DNA of 64,000 nucleotides. Origin: an uncultured archaeon. Its GTDB lineage: Archaea > Iainarchaeota > Iainarchaeia > Iainarchaeales > 1-14-0-10-31-34. The stretch's first letter is position 1. Every line of letters begins with the position of its first letter. The stretch spans positions 96,001 through 160,000 of the forward strand of contig CAZSOZ010000001.1 in NCBI GenBank assembly GCA_964608675.1, given 5' to 3'. The notes under the pieces were generated by a model, which saw only the letters and a list, made by a program, of their open reading frames with translations, was not told the origin of the DNA and did not search any database. The position numbers and the translations under genes are program-made. This document shows, in pieces, positions 29,767 to 38,748 of the stretch.

Positions 29767-30458
29767 GTTCATTAATTTTCAGTGTAATAATAGACTTATT
29801 TATAGTAATAATAAGCATTCTTCTCATAAAAAAAATAAAGCCAAACAAAGGCAATCTGCTTAATCTTGCTTTTGGAACATTCTGGGCAGGAGTAGCAGGA
29901 ATATACTTTTTTGTTGCATTAACAGACATAAGCGGAATATTTAATTCAGTTTATTTTTCAAAACTTTTTTTTATGCTGGCAGTAATTCTTGCAGCAGTTC
30001 CATTTACAGCACTTTCATTATTTTTAAGTGCAACTACATTAAAAGGAAAAATAGTTTGGATTCTGCCTGCAGTTTCCATTTTAACCGGACTGCTCTACGT
30101 TTATTTTGTGGCAAGCTCTACATTATACGGTCCTTTAATTGAATGGACCCTCAAATACAACATCCTAAAACCAGAAGCAATTGCAATGGCACAATATTCA
30201 GCATACTTTGCTTTTATTTTAATTGCTTTGCTTTCACTGCTGGCATTTAAAGCAAGAAAAACAAGTACTTTTATTCAGTTTAATTCAGTTGCAGTTTCAA
30301 TAGGCTTTTTTTTTATTGGAGGCTATCTTGACCTGCTTGGAACTCAAGGAATAGAAACCGTATTAATGAGAGGACTAATAGTCATCGGAGCATTAATAGG
30401 CTACATTGGATTTAATCCAGGAATAAAATTAATAAAAATTGCACACAAAATAAGCTAG
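29763..30458 (+). CDS. Hypothetical 7-TM membrane protein
   Basis: About seven hydrophobic helices; no soluble domain. Confidence 0.6.
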   Translation: MSSLIFSVIIDLFIVIISILLIKKIKPNKGNLLNLAFGTFWAGVAGIYFFVALTDISGIFNSVYFSKLFFMLAVILAAVPFTALSLFLSATTLKGKIVWILPAVSILTGLLYVYFVASSTLYGPLIEWTLKYNILKPEAIAMAQYSAYFAFILIALLSLLAFKARKTSTFIQFNSVAVSIGFFFIGGYLDLLGTQGIETVLMRGLIVIGALIGYIGFNPGIKLIKIAHKIS

Positions 30459-30817
30459 TCTTTTAAAAGAAATTCAAACCATTCAATTTTCTTGTTTAAA
30501 ATCAATTGTTTTATTTTTTTCTGCTTTTGAGACAAAGAAGACTTATTTGACTTAAATTCACAGAAAACAATTTTATCTTCACAAAAAACTATTCCATCAA
30601 TAGGATTGCCCAAAAACCTGAAATCAGATGAATCAAAAGGAAAACCAGAAGAAAAAGGAATCCATTGTTCAGTTAATTTTCCATATTTAACGCTCTGAGA
30701 TTTCTTCAAAAAATGTAATTCAGTTAATTCTTCTTTCAGGTTTTCATATCTTGAATAAAAAAAATAAATTAAAACAAAAGAAACCAAAAGCAAAACAAAC
30801 AAAAACAATTCAATCAT
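30455..30817 (-). CDS. Membrane-anchored Holliday-junction-resolvase-like endonuclease (Endonuc_Holl)
   Basis: N-terminal TM; G...EQW.PF, DFRFLGNPIDGIVF, FCEFKS (PD-(D/E)xK). Confidence 0.85.
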   Translation of the reverse strand: MIELFLFVLLLVSFVLIYFFYSRYENLKEELTELHFLKKSQSVKYGKLTEQWIPFSSGFPFDSSDFRFLGNPIDGIVFCEDKIVFCEFKSNKSSLSQKQKKIKQLILNKKIEWFEFLLKD

Positions 30818-30857
30818 TTAAACCAAAACAAACTAGAAAGAAAGAAAATAAAAAACA

Positions 30858-32414
30858 TTAAGAAAGTTTCTTAGAAACAAAAAATCCATCATTTTTATAG
30901 CCTAAATTCCAGTAATACTCTCTTGCGCCAACTCCTGAAATAACAATCATTTTATTGAAATTGTTTTCTAAAGCGATTTCTTCTGCTTTATTCAATAAAA
31001 TTTTTCCAAAACCTTTATGCTGGAATTCTCTGCCTAAAGGAGGAACCTTTAAAGGCAGGGCTTTAGAATAAACATGGAGTTCCCGGATTAAAGCAGTTTT
31101 GTTTGTTATTTCTTTTCTGAAAGGCTTAAAAGGAAAACGCATTCTGCAAAAACCAAACAAAGAATTCTTTGATTCAAGAGAAATAAAAAATTCTGTTCCG
31201 TTTGAAGCAGAATACTCTTCAATTAAAATTTTTGGTTTTCCGGATGATTCAGGGTTTCTTCCTGCTTCCCTGCATCTAATACAGGAACACTTCCAGCCAT
31301 GTTTTTTCATTTCCTTTTCAATTAACTGCCTTAAATTAGTGTGTTTTACTCCTGCAGAAACAACAGTGGAAGGAATATCCCTTTGAATCCTCATAATTCT
31401 AGTGTATTTAGGAACAAAACATTTCATTTTAGCAATCAACTTTGCTGCTTTTTTAGTTGAATAAGGACTGAATTCATTTTTTTTCCACAAATCATATAAT
31501 TCAGTTCCCTTAATTACAATGCACGGATAAATTTTCAGCATGTCAGGCTTGAAATCAGAATCAGAAAAAATTTTCTTAAAAACCTTTAAGTCTTCTTTAG
31601 GAGAAGAAAAAGGAAGCCCCGGCATTAAATGATAAGCAAACTTAAAAGAAGAATCCCTTAACAAAGAAGTTGCATTAACTACATCTTCAACAGAATGATT
31701 CCTGTGAATTTTTTCGTAAATTTTTTGATTCAAAGTCTGAACACCCAGTTCGACTCTTGTTCCCCCAAAAGAAAGCATTCTGTTAATTTCCTTTTTTCCA
31801 CAGAAATCAGGACGAGTTTCAAAAGTAATTCCAATAAACCTGTTTTCAGCAAACTGAGCTTTCTCTATTGCTTTATTCAAAGAAAAAGATTTAGAATCAT
31901 TAACTGCATTAAAACAATCCAGCATAAATTTTTTTTGATAAGACAAAGGAGCAGCAGGAAAAGTTCCCCCCATAACAATTAATTCAATTTTCTGAGTTGA
32001 ATGCCCTGTGTTTTTTAACTGCTGAATTCTGTTTTTAATCTGCTTAACTGCATCAAAATCATTTGCAATAGCCCGCATAGTGCTTGGTTCCCTGCCAGTA
32101 TAACTTTTAGGAGTCTCAGAATCCACCAAAGAACCAGGGCAATAAATGCATTTTCCAGGACACGGAAAAGGCTTAGGCATAATTGCAACAGAAACAATTC
32201 CAGAAATTGAACGAGAAGGCTTAATTGAAAGCAATTCAATTAAATTTTTATTTTTCTTTTCAGCAAAAAACAAAATATCAGGATCAGAAGGAAAATGACT
32301 TAATTTGTATTTTTTTGCAAGCTTTAATTTAAATGAATGCAGTTCCTCCTTTGAAGAAATCCTGCCAGACAAAATTAAACCAATAATTTCTTTTGAAAAC
32401 TCTTTAACAGACAT
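30858..32414 (-). CDS. elp3: tRNA uridine(34) acetyltransferase Elp3
   Basis: CPGKCIYCP, PKSYTGREP, ETRPD, RIQRDIP, CIRCRE, RELHVY, QHKGFG, ISGVGAREYY. Confidence 0.95.
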   Translation of the reverse strand: MSVKEFSKEIIGLILSGRISSKEELHSFKLKLAKKYKLSHFPSDPDILFFAEKKNKNLIELLSIKPSRSISGIVSVAIMPKPFPCPGKCIYCPGSLVDSETPKSYTGREPSTMRAIANDFDAVKQIKNRIQQLKNTGHSTQKIELIVMGGTFPAAPLSYQKKFMLDCFNAVNDSKSFSLNKAIEKAQFAENRFIGITFETRPDFCGKKEINRMLSFGGTRVELGVQTLNQKIYEKIHRNHSVEDVVNATSLLRDSSFKFAYHLMPGLPFSSPKEDLKVFKKIFSDSDFKPDMLKIYPCIVIKGTELYDLWKKNEFSPYSTKKAAKLIAKMKCFVPKYTRIMRIQRDIPSTVVSAGVKHTNLRQLIEKEMKKHGWKCSCIRCREAGRNPESSGKPKILIEEYSASNGTEFFISLESKNSLFGFCRMRFPFKPFRKEITNKTALIRELHVYSKALPLKVPPLGREFQHKGFGKILLNKAEEIALENNFNKMIVISGVGAREYYWNLGYKNDGFFVSKKLS

Positions 32415-32423
32415 AAACTTTCT

Positions 32424-33194
32424 TTATAATTCATTCAAAAAGAATCCAATAAAAGACTCAATTAAATAAAAAGGAAACAAACTTGGAGTAAAAAAAGGGA
32501 ATCCATACAAAGAAGCCGAATACTTGCTGGACAAAGAAGATTCAACAGAAAGAACAGAAAGAAATTCTTTTTTTTCGTCAGAAAAAAGAGATTCAAAAGA
32601 AAACGTGAACTGCCTTTTGCCGTAATGCTTTGGATAAACAAAAACAGATTCCTTTAAAACAGATTTAGGTTCAACAATAAAAGTTTTTGATTCAAACCAA
32701 TAAGAAGGAAGATTAGAAAAAACAAGAATTTTTTGCTGTCCAATTGATTCATTTGAAAAAACCAAAAAATATTCAGCGGGAAAATTAACCTGCGTTTGGT
32801 TCTGTAAATTAGAAATATTAACAGACCACAAATCATTCTGCACGTTAACCAAAACATCAAAAGACTCTGCTTCCATTGAAACAGAATTAAAAGCAGAAAA
32901 AGAAATCTTTTTTGTTCCAAAAGAAGCATTTTCAGGAACCGTTAAAACAACAGAAATGTTTTTTCCCTGAAAAACAGATTCTTCAGCCCAAGAACTGAAT
33001 TGTCCTTCAACAGAAACCGAATCAAATCTTTCATCAAAAACAATTAATTCAAAAGACTGCCCAGGAGAAATTCTGCCTAATTCAATTGAATTTCCAAGAT
33101 ATTCTGCTTCAACAGGAAAAACAACCTTTAAAGCAGAACCAAAAGAAAGAAACAAAACAAAAACAAAAAAAACCAAAAAAAACTTATTAAACAT
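32424..33194 (-). CDS. Hypothetical secreted or surface protein
   Basis: Signal peptide, beta-rich body, hydrophobic C-terminus. Confidence 0.6.
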   Translation of the reverse strand: MFNKFFLVFFVFVLFLSFGSALKVVFPVEAEYLGNSIELGRISPGQSFELIVFDERFDSVSVEGQFSSWAEESVFQGKNISVVLTVPENASFGTKKISFSAFNSVSMEAESFDVLVNVQNDLWSVNISNLQNQTQVNFPAEYFLVFSNESIGQQKILVFSNLPSYWFESKTFIVEPKSVLKESVFVYPKHYGKRQFTFSFESLFSDEKKEFLSVLSVESSLSSKYSASLYGFPFFTPSLFPFYLIESFIGFFLNEL

Positions 33195-33241
33195 AATTCC
33201 CCAATTAATACTTATTCTGAAAGAAATAAAAAGGTATATTT

Positions 33242-33883
33242 ATGAAAATACTTGCTTTAAGCGATATTCACGGAAACATAAACAACTTAAAAGAAATCTT
33301 AAAAAAAGCAGAAAAACAAGAAATTGAATTAATTTTAATTACAGGAGACCTAACTAATTTTGGAGGAGCAAAAGAAACAAAAAAAGCATTAAAAGAAATA
33401 CAAAAATTAAACAAAAAAATTTTTGCTTTGCCCGGCAACCTTGACAAAAAAGAAGTAAACGAATTCCTAAAAAAAGAAAGTGTTTCTTTGCACGCAAAAA
33501 AAGAAAGATTCAAAAAATTTGTTTTTATTGGATTCGGAGGCGCAGTGAATTCAATTGGAGAAACAGTTTTCACAGAAAAAAAAATAAAAGAAAAATTAAC
33601 TGAATTAATTAAAAACGAAAAAAAAGTTTTCTTGTTAACACATTCTCCTCCAAAAAATTCTTTGTTAGATAAAACAGACACAGGAAAAAACATTGGTTCA
33701 GAAGCAGTAAAAGAAATAATAAAAGAATTCAATCCGTTATTCAGTGTTTCAGGACACTGCCACGAAAGCTTTGGAAAAGAAACAATAAAAGAAACTTTTT
33801 GTGTTAACGCAGGAGCAGTAAAAGACGGAAGAACAACAATAATTGACACAGAAAAAAAAGAAACAAAAGTGCTGGAAATATGA
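33242..33883 (+). CDS. Metallophosphoesterase (calcineurin-like)
   Basis: SDIHG, GDL, PGNLD, THSPP, GHCHE. Confidence 0.9.
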   Translation: MKILALSDIHGNINNLKEILKKAEKQEIELILITGDLTNFGGAKETKKALKEIQKLNKKIFALPGNLDKKEVNEFLKKESVSLHAKKERFKKFVFIGFGGAVNSIGETVFTEKKIKEKLTELIKNEKKVFLLTHSPPKNSLLDKTDTGKNIGSEAVKEIIKEFNPLFSVSGHCHESFGKETIKETFCVNAGAVKDGRTTIIDTEKKETKVLEI

Positions 33884-34473
33884 ACAAAGCAGAAACAAGA
33901 TTTAAAATGGTAAAAGAAAGACACAAAAAAAGCTTTCTTAAAGCAGTCAAAGAAAAAAAAGCCGACAAACAAATGATTCCTTTATGCATGAACATTTCAA
34001 AAACAAAAAAATATTTTACTTCAAGCAGTTGTGCAGGAAGAATACTTTTGCTTGAAGTAAACAAACAAGGAAGCAAAAAAAAAGCAGCGTTTCATGCAAA
34101 ATGGCACAAAAAAATAAAACTAAAAGAATTAATAAAAGAAATAAAAAAAACACAAAAAGAAGAAGAATTATGGTTTAAACTGGATCCATTCATTCTTCAT
34201 ATAGGAACAAACTCTTTAGAAAACGCAAAAAAAATCCTTCAAATATGCAGAAAAACAGGTATAAGAAGAGCAGGAATAATGACAGCAGAAGAAGGAAAAT
34301 TCATAATAGAATTAATTGGAACACAATCAATGAGTTTTCCGGCAAAAATAAAAAACAAAATCCTGCTTGAAAAAGAATACTTTAAAATTACATTAAACAA
34401 AGCAAACAAAAAACTTGAAAAAAATTATGAACAACTCAAAAAACTGGAAAAAAACTTAAAAAAATTAAAGTGA
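33880..34473 (+). CDS. taw3: tRNA-wyosine methyltransferase Taw3/TYW3
   Basis: DKQMIPL, YFTSSSCAGRI, KWH, PFILH motifs. Confidence 0.85.
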   Translation: MNKAETRFKMVKERHKKSFLKAVKEKKADKQMIPLCMNISKTKKYFTSSSCAGRILLLEVNKQGSKKKAAFHAKWHKKIKLKELIKEIKKTQKEEELWFKLDPFILHIGTNSLENAKKILQICRKTGIRRAGIMTAEEGKFIIELIGTQSMSFPAKIKNKILLEKEYFKITLNKANKKLEKNYEQLKKLEKNLKKLK

Positions 34474-34477
34474 TTAA

Positions 34478-35002
34478 ATGAACAAAAGAATCTTTTTTTC
34501 ATTAAATTTTACTCCAGAAATAAAAAAAGAAATAACAAAAAAATACAAAAAAAAACTAAAAGAAACAAAAATAAAAGAAACAAAAGAAAAAAACATTCAT
34601 ATCACCCTCTTGTTTTTAGGTTATTTTGACAAAGAAAAAATAAAAGAAATAATTGAATTAATCAAAGAAATAAAAGCAAAAAAAATGAAAATCAGAATAA
34701 AAGGAATAGACAGCTTTAATTCAAGAATTATTTTTCTTAAAACAACCGAAGAAAAAAAAATAACAGAACTCCATAAAAAAATCTCAGAAAAACTGGGGAT
34801 AAAAGAAAAAAAATTCAAAGTGCATGCAACAATTGCAAGAAACAAAAAAATGAACAAACAAGAATTTGAAAAAACAATAAAAGAACTAAAAAAAATTGAA
34901 TTCAAAAAAGAAACAGAAATAAAAAGCTTTGAATTAATGGAATCAATTTTAACAGAAAACGGGCCTGAATACAAAAAAATTTTTTCTTTCAAATTATTAT
35001 AA
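34478..35002 (+). CDS. thpR: RNA 2',3'-cyclic phosphodiesterase (2H family)
   Basis: HITLLFLG and HATIAR motifs; ES.L...GP.Y. Confidence 0.9.
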   Translation: MNKRIFFSLNFTPEIKKEITKKYKKKLKETKIKETKEKNIHITLLFLGYFDKEKIKEIIELIKEIKAKKMKIRIKGIDSFNSRIIFLKTTEEKKITELHKKISEKLGIKEKKFKVHATIARNKKMNKQEFEKTIKELKKIEFKKETEIKSFELMESILTENGPEYKKIFSFKLL

Positions 35003-36616
35003 TTCCTCTGAAACCTGTTCTAATACTTCAGTAGGATTATAATAATATTTTTGAACTATTTCCTCAACAGTTTTATTTGAATGAATTCCACTTAAAGTCA
35101 TCCATTCAATAATTCTTTCCCTTATTTTAATTTCTTTCATTACATTCTTTTTTGTTTTAGCTGTAGCATCAGCAAGCTTTTCAATTATGTGTGAAGGAGT
35201 AGACGTTCTCTGAATTAAATCATCTTCCTTTTTCCAGATAAACAAATCTCCAAGCAAAGTCTGGTCATCCATTCTGCTTACTTCACTTAATTGAACAACC
35301 CTTCGAATTATTCCTTTTCCAGGAGCGTGCATTCTGTACTGAACCAAAATTAAGTCAAGCAAAGGAAGCATTATGTCAGGAACATTCATAGGAGAACTCT
35401 TTAATCTTGTAAGCAATTCTTTTCCGCTGTTAGAATGAACTGTTCCCATGCAACCTGAATGACCAGTGTCCATTGCAGTAAACAAAGTTTGAGCTTCAGG
35501 ACCCCTGACTTCCCCCAAAATAAGCCTGTCAGGACGCATTCTCAAAGCATTCTTTAAAAGGTCATCCATAGAAAGTTCGGGCACGCCGGAAATAGGAGGC
35601 CTGGCTTCCATTTGAATCCAGTTTTTTCTGCCTCCTAAATGAATTTCAGGAGTATCCTCAATAGTAATAATTCTGTCTTCTTTTCTGACAAAAACAGACA
35701 AAGCACTCAAAGTAGAAGTTTTTCCTGTCCCGCTTCCCCCTGTAACAATTAAATTCATGGGTTCAATTCCAAAGCCTTCCACCATAGTCCACAAAAAAGC
35801 AGCTAAATCAGAAGTCATTGTACCATTATTAATTAAATTAATTATACTCAAAGGAGTTCTTGAAAATTTTCTTACAGTAAGGCTTGGACCAAAAGGAGTA
35901 GCATAAGGAGAAGTAGCATTAGCCCTGGAGCCGTCAGGAAGCCTTGCATCCAATAAAGGAAGAGAGTCATTCAATTCCCTGTTAACAGTCCTTGCAATCC
36001 TGTATAAAAGTTTTGGAAGAAAACCATCTTTTTTAATCATAATATTTGTTTCACACATTGCATATTTTCTGTGAAAAACAAAAACAGGGCGTTCATAGCC
36101 GTTAACCATAATTTCTTCAAGCCAGTCATCCTTAATCAAAGGAGAAATAAAACCATAACCAATAGTTTTATTCAAAACATAATGAGTTAATTCTTCAGGA
36201 TGAACAATAAACTCCAAATGCTTTTTAGTTAAAGCCAAAAAAGATTTTTGAATTAATTCAAAATCCTTTGAATCAGGAAGAGAATGAAGCAAATTAAGTT
36301 TTTCAATTTCATGAATTACCTCAGAATTCAATTCATTCAAAAAAGCTTTAGGCAAACCAAGCTTAGAAGAAAGCTCCGGCATTGAAGCCTTCCTTAAAAT
36401 AACGTTCTGAAGAACACTTCCAAACAACTTTTCTTTATCAGACAAAACCGGCTTTTTAATAAAATAATAATAATTAGGGTAATCCTCAAAAATTTCAACT
36501 GAATTATATTCTTCAACAAGATTCAAATCCTTTTTCCTGACTGTAAGATGCTCTTCTTCCTCTTTCTTTAATTCTTTTTTTGATTCAGTTAAATCTAATT
36601 CCTCAATTTTGCCCAT
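34997..36616 (-). CDS. Second CpaF/VirB11-family pilus ATPase
   Basis: GGSGTGKTS, TIEDTPE, LRMRPDRLILGEVR, AMDTGH; paralog of 6598..8316. Confidence 0.9.
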   Translation of the reverse strand: MGKIEELDLTESKKELKKEEEEHLTVRKKDLNLVEEYNSVEIFEDYPNYYYFIKKPVLSDKEKLFGSVLQNVILRKASMPELSSKLGLPKAFLNELNSEVIHEIEKLNLLHSLPDSKDFELIQKSFLALTKKHLEFIVHPEELTHYVLNKTIGYGFISPLIKDDWLEEIMVNGYERPVFVFHRKYAMCETNIMIKKDGFLPKLLYRIARTVNRELNDSLPLLDARLPDGSRANATSPYATPFGPSLTVRKFSRTPLSIINLINNGTMTSDLAAFLWTMVEGFGIEPMNLIVTGGSGTGKTSTLSALSVFVRKEDRIITIEDTPEIHLGGRKNWIQMEARPPISGVPELSMDDLLKNALRMRPDRLILGEVRGPEAQTLFTAMDTGHSGCMGTVHSNSGKELLTRLKSSPMNVPDIMLPLLDLILVQYRMHAPGKGIIRRVVQLSEVSRMDDQTLLGDLFIWKKEDDLIQRTSTPSHIIEKLADATAKTKKNVMKEIKIRERIIEWMTLSGIHSNKTVEEIVQKYYYNPTEVLEQVSEEL

Positions 36617-36666
36617 AAAAACCCCAAATAATAGCAACTATATTAAATAAATAAACATAATATTTA

Positions 36667-38043
36667 ATGGTTTGCATGGAAAAGAAAAACAAAAAAATAC
36701 AGAAAATAAAAAAAAAAGTTTTGAAAGAAATTACTCCTGAAAAAGAAGAAATAGAAAAAGAAAAAAAAACCGCAAAAAAAATAATACAAAAAATAAACAA
36801 ATACAAAGGAAAACACATACAGGCAATTTTAGCTGGCTCGCTTTCAAGAAATACTCACTTAAAAGGAGACAAAGACATAGATATATTTATTTTATTCGAC
36901 AAAAAAATAGACAGAAAAGAATTTATCAAAGAAGGGCTAAAAATTGCAAAAAAGATTTCAGGAAAAAACTGGGAAATAGATTATGGAGAACACCCCTATG
37001 TTAAAACAGAAATAGAAGGAAACAAAATAGAATTAATTCCTTCATACAAAATTGAATCAACAAAAGAAATGCTTTCATCAGTTGACAGAACTCCCTTTCA
37101 CACAAACTTTGTGCAAGAAAAAATAAAAGAAAAACAAAGAAATGAAGTGCGTTTATTAAAAAAATTTCTGAAAGGAATTAACTGTTACGGAGCAGAACTA
37201 AAAACACAAGGGTTTTCAGGATATTTAACAGAATTATTGATTTTAAAATACCAGACATTTGAAAACACATTAAAAAAAGCAAGCAATTGGAGAGAGAAAA
37301 AAGTTTTAAGTTTAACACAAAAATTCACAAAAAAAGAAGAAGAAAAACTTAAAAAAAAATTCAACGAACCATTAATTTTTTTGGATCCAACAGATGACAG
37401 AAGGAATACTGCAGCAGCAGTATCAAAAGAAACATTTGAAAAATTCAAAAAAAAAGCAAAACAATTTGAAAAAAAACCTTCAATTCGATTCTTTTTTCCA
37501 AAACCAATTAAAATTATTTCAAAAACAGAATTCAAAAAAAAAATTAGAAAAAGAAATATTATTCTAATAGAAACACCTTATGAAAAAATCCACGAAGATG
37601 TTACTTTTGGGCAGTTGAGGAATTTTTTGAAAAAATTGAAAAAAGAACTGAAAAAAAATGATTTCACTTTTTTGAAAGGAAAATTTTGGTCAGATGAAAA
37701 AAAAAGAATGATTATGCTAATTGAAGTAAAAGAAAAAAAACTTGAAAAAGAAAAACTGGTTAAAGGGCCTCCTGCAAAAATGAAAGAGCACGTAAAAAAA
37801 TTCAAGGAAAAACATGGAAGGAAAGCAAAAAAGATTGGAAGGCATTATCATGCAAAAATTAAACGGCCTCACAGAAAAGCAGAAACCGTTGTAAAAGAAT
37901 TCATTAAAAAACAGATTAAAGTTAACTCAAATAAGTTTTTAGTTAAGCAAATGAAAAAAAAACATTCAGTTTATCAGGGAAAAAACTTAGAAAAACTGTA
38001 CAAAGGAAACGTAAAAGAATTTTTATCAAAATATTTGAACTGA
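36667..38043 (+). CDS. cca: CCA-adding enzyme, archaeal class I
   Basis: GSLSRNTHLKGDKDIDIF, YGEHPY, SVDRTPFHT, GFSGYLTELL, DPTD..RN.AAA. Confidence 0.95.
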   Translation: MVCMEKKNKKIQKIKKKVLKEITPEKEEIEKEKKTAKKIIQKINKYKGKHIQAILAGSLSRNTHLKGDKDIDIFILFDKKIDRKEFIKEGLKIAKKISGKNWEIDYGEHPYVKTEIEGNKIELIPSYKIESTKEMLSSVDRTPFHTNFVQEKIKEKQRNEVRLLKKFLKGINCYGAELKTQGFSGYLTELLILKYQTFENTLKKASNWREKKVLSLTQKFTKKEEEKLKKKFNEPLIFLDPTDDRRNTAAAVSKETFEKFKKKAKQFEKKPSIRFFFPKPIKIISKTEFKKKIRKRNIILIETPYEKIHEDVTFGQLRNFLKKLKKELKKNDFTFLKGKFWSDEKKRMIMLIEVKEKKLEKEKLVKGPPAKMKEHVKKFKEKHGRKAKKIGRHYHAKIKRPHRKAETVVKEFIKKQIKVNSNKFLVKQMKKKHSVYQGKNLEKLYKGNVKEFLSKYLN

Positions 38044-38052
38044 AACCTGCAA

Positions 38053-38126
38053 CGAGCTCGGAGGGATTCGAACCCCCAACCTGTCCGTCCGAAGCGGACT
38101 GCGCTATCCGGTTGCGCCACGAGCCC
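38053..38126 (-). tRNA. tRNA-Arg(TCG)
   Basis: GGGCTCG/CGAGCTC acceptor stem, GTCCG-CT-TCG-GA-CGGAC anticodon arm, TTCGAAT T-loop; CCA not encoded. Confidence 0.95.
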
Positions 38127-38214
38127 AAGGTTTTAAAAGAATACTACATAAATAATATAATAGCTGATTATATAAATTTAAAGTAAAAAAAAAAGAATTA
38201 TAGAGGTATTAAAG

Positions 38215-38370
38215 ATGAAAGTATGCAGTTCATGCAACAAAGAAGTAAACTTTGATTTCACTGAATTTCCATGCCCAAAATGCGGAAAAACAAAAATAAT
38301 TAGATGCGATCACTGCAAAACAACAACAAAAGAATACAAATGCAGTGAATGCAGTTTTATCGGACCATAG
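38215..38370 (+). CDS. Small zinc-ribbon protein, DUF1610/HVO_2753-like (51 aa)
   Basis: Not in the ORF track. MKVCSSC...FPCPKCG...RCDHC...YKCSECSFIGP; four CxxC; usual position upstream of EF-1beta. Confidence 0.9.
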   Translation: MKVCSSCNKEVNFDFTEFPCPKCGKTKIIRCDHCKTTTKEYKCSECSFIGP

Positions 38371-38380
38371 GTGAAAAAAA

Positions 38381-38650
38381 ATGGGAAAAATGATTTTAAT
38401 TTATAAAATATCTCCTGAAGGACCTGAAGAAACAGACAGCGTAGAAAAAGAAATAGAAGAAAAAATAAAAGGATTAGGAGAATTAAAAGATAAAAAAAGA
38501 AAGCCGATAGCATTCGGATTAGAAGCAATAGAAATAGCAATAGTAACAGAAGCAAAAGGCACAGAAGGCATAACAGAAGAAATAGAAAACAAATTAAAAG
38601 AAATCAAAGGCGTAAGTTCAGTTGAAAACATTGGAATGAACCTTCTCTAA
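38381..38650 (+). CDS. ef1b: Translation elongation factor aEF-1beta
   Basis: KISPEGPE, PIAFGL motif, 89 aa. Confidence 0.92.
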   Translation: MGKMILIYKISPEGPEETDSVEKEIEEKIKGLGELKDKKRKPIAFGLEAIEIAIVTEAKGTEGITEEIENKLKEIKGVSSVENIGMNLL

Positions 38651-38748
38651 TTTTCAATATAAAAAAATAAAACAATATCTTATACATAATTATTTTTGGG
38701 CTGATTCTTTTTTTAAAAAGCTCTGGGCATAATTTGATTTGAACAAAA

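Noticed and set aside
33242-33883. Mre11
   Set aside because: Only 213 aa, lacks the capping domain, and has GNLD rather than GNHD.
37943-38128. Short ORFs over tRNA genes (also 55699..55914 and 56361..56546)
   Set aside because: Explained by the tRNA sequences.
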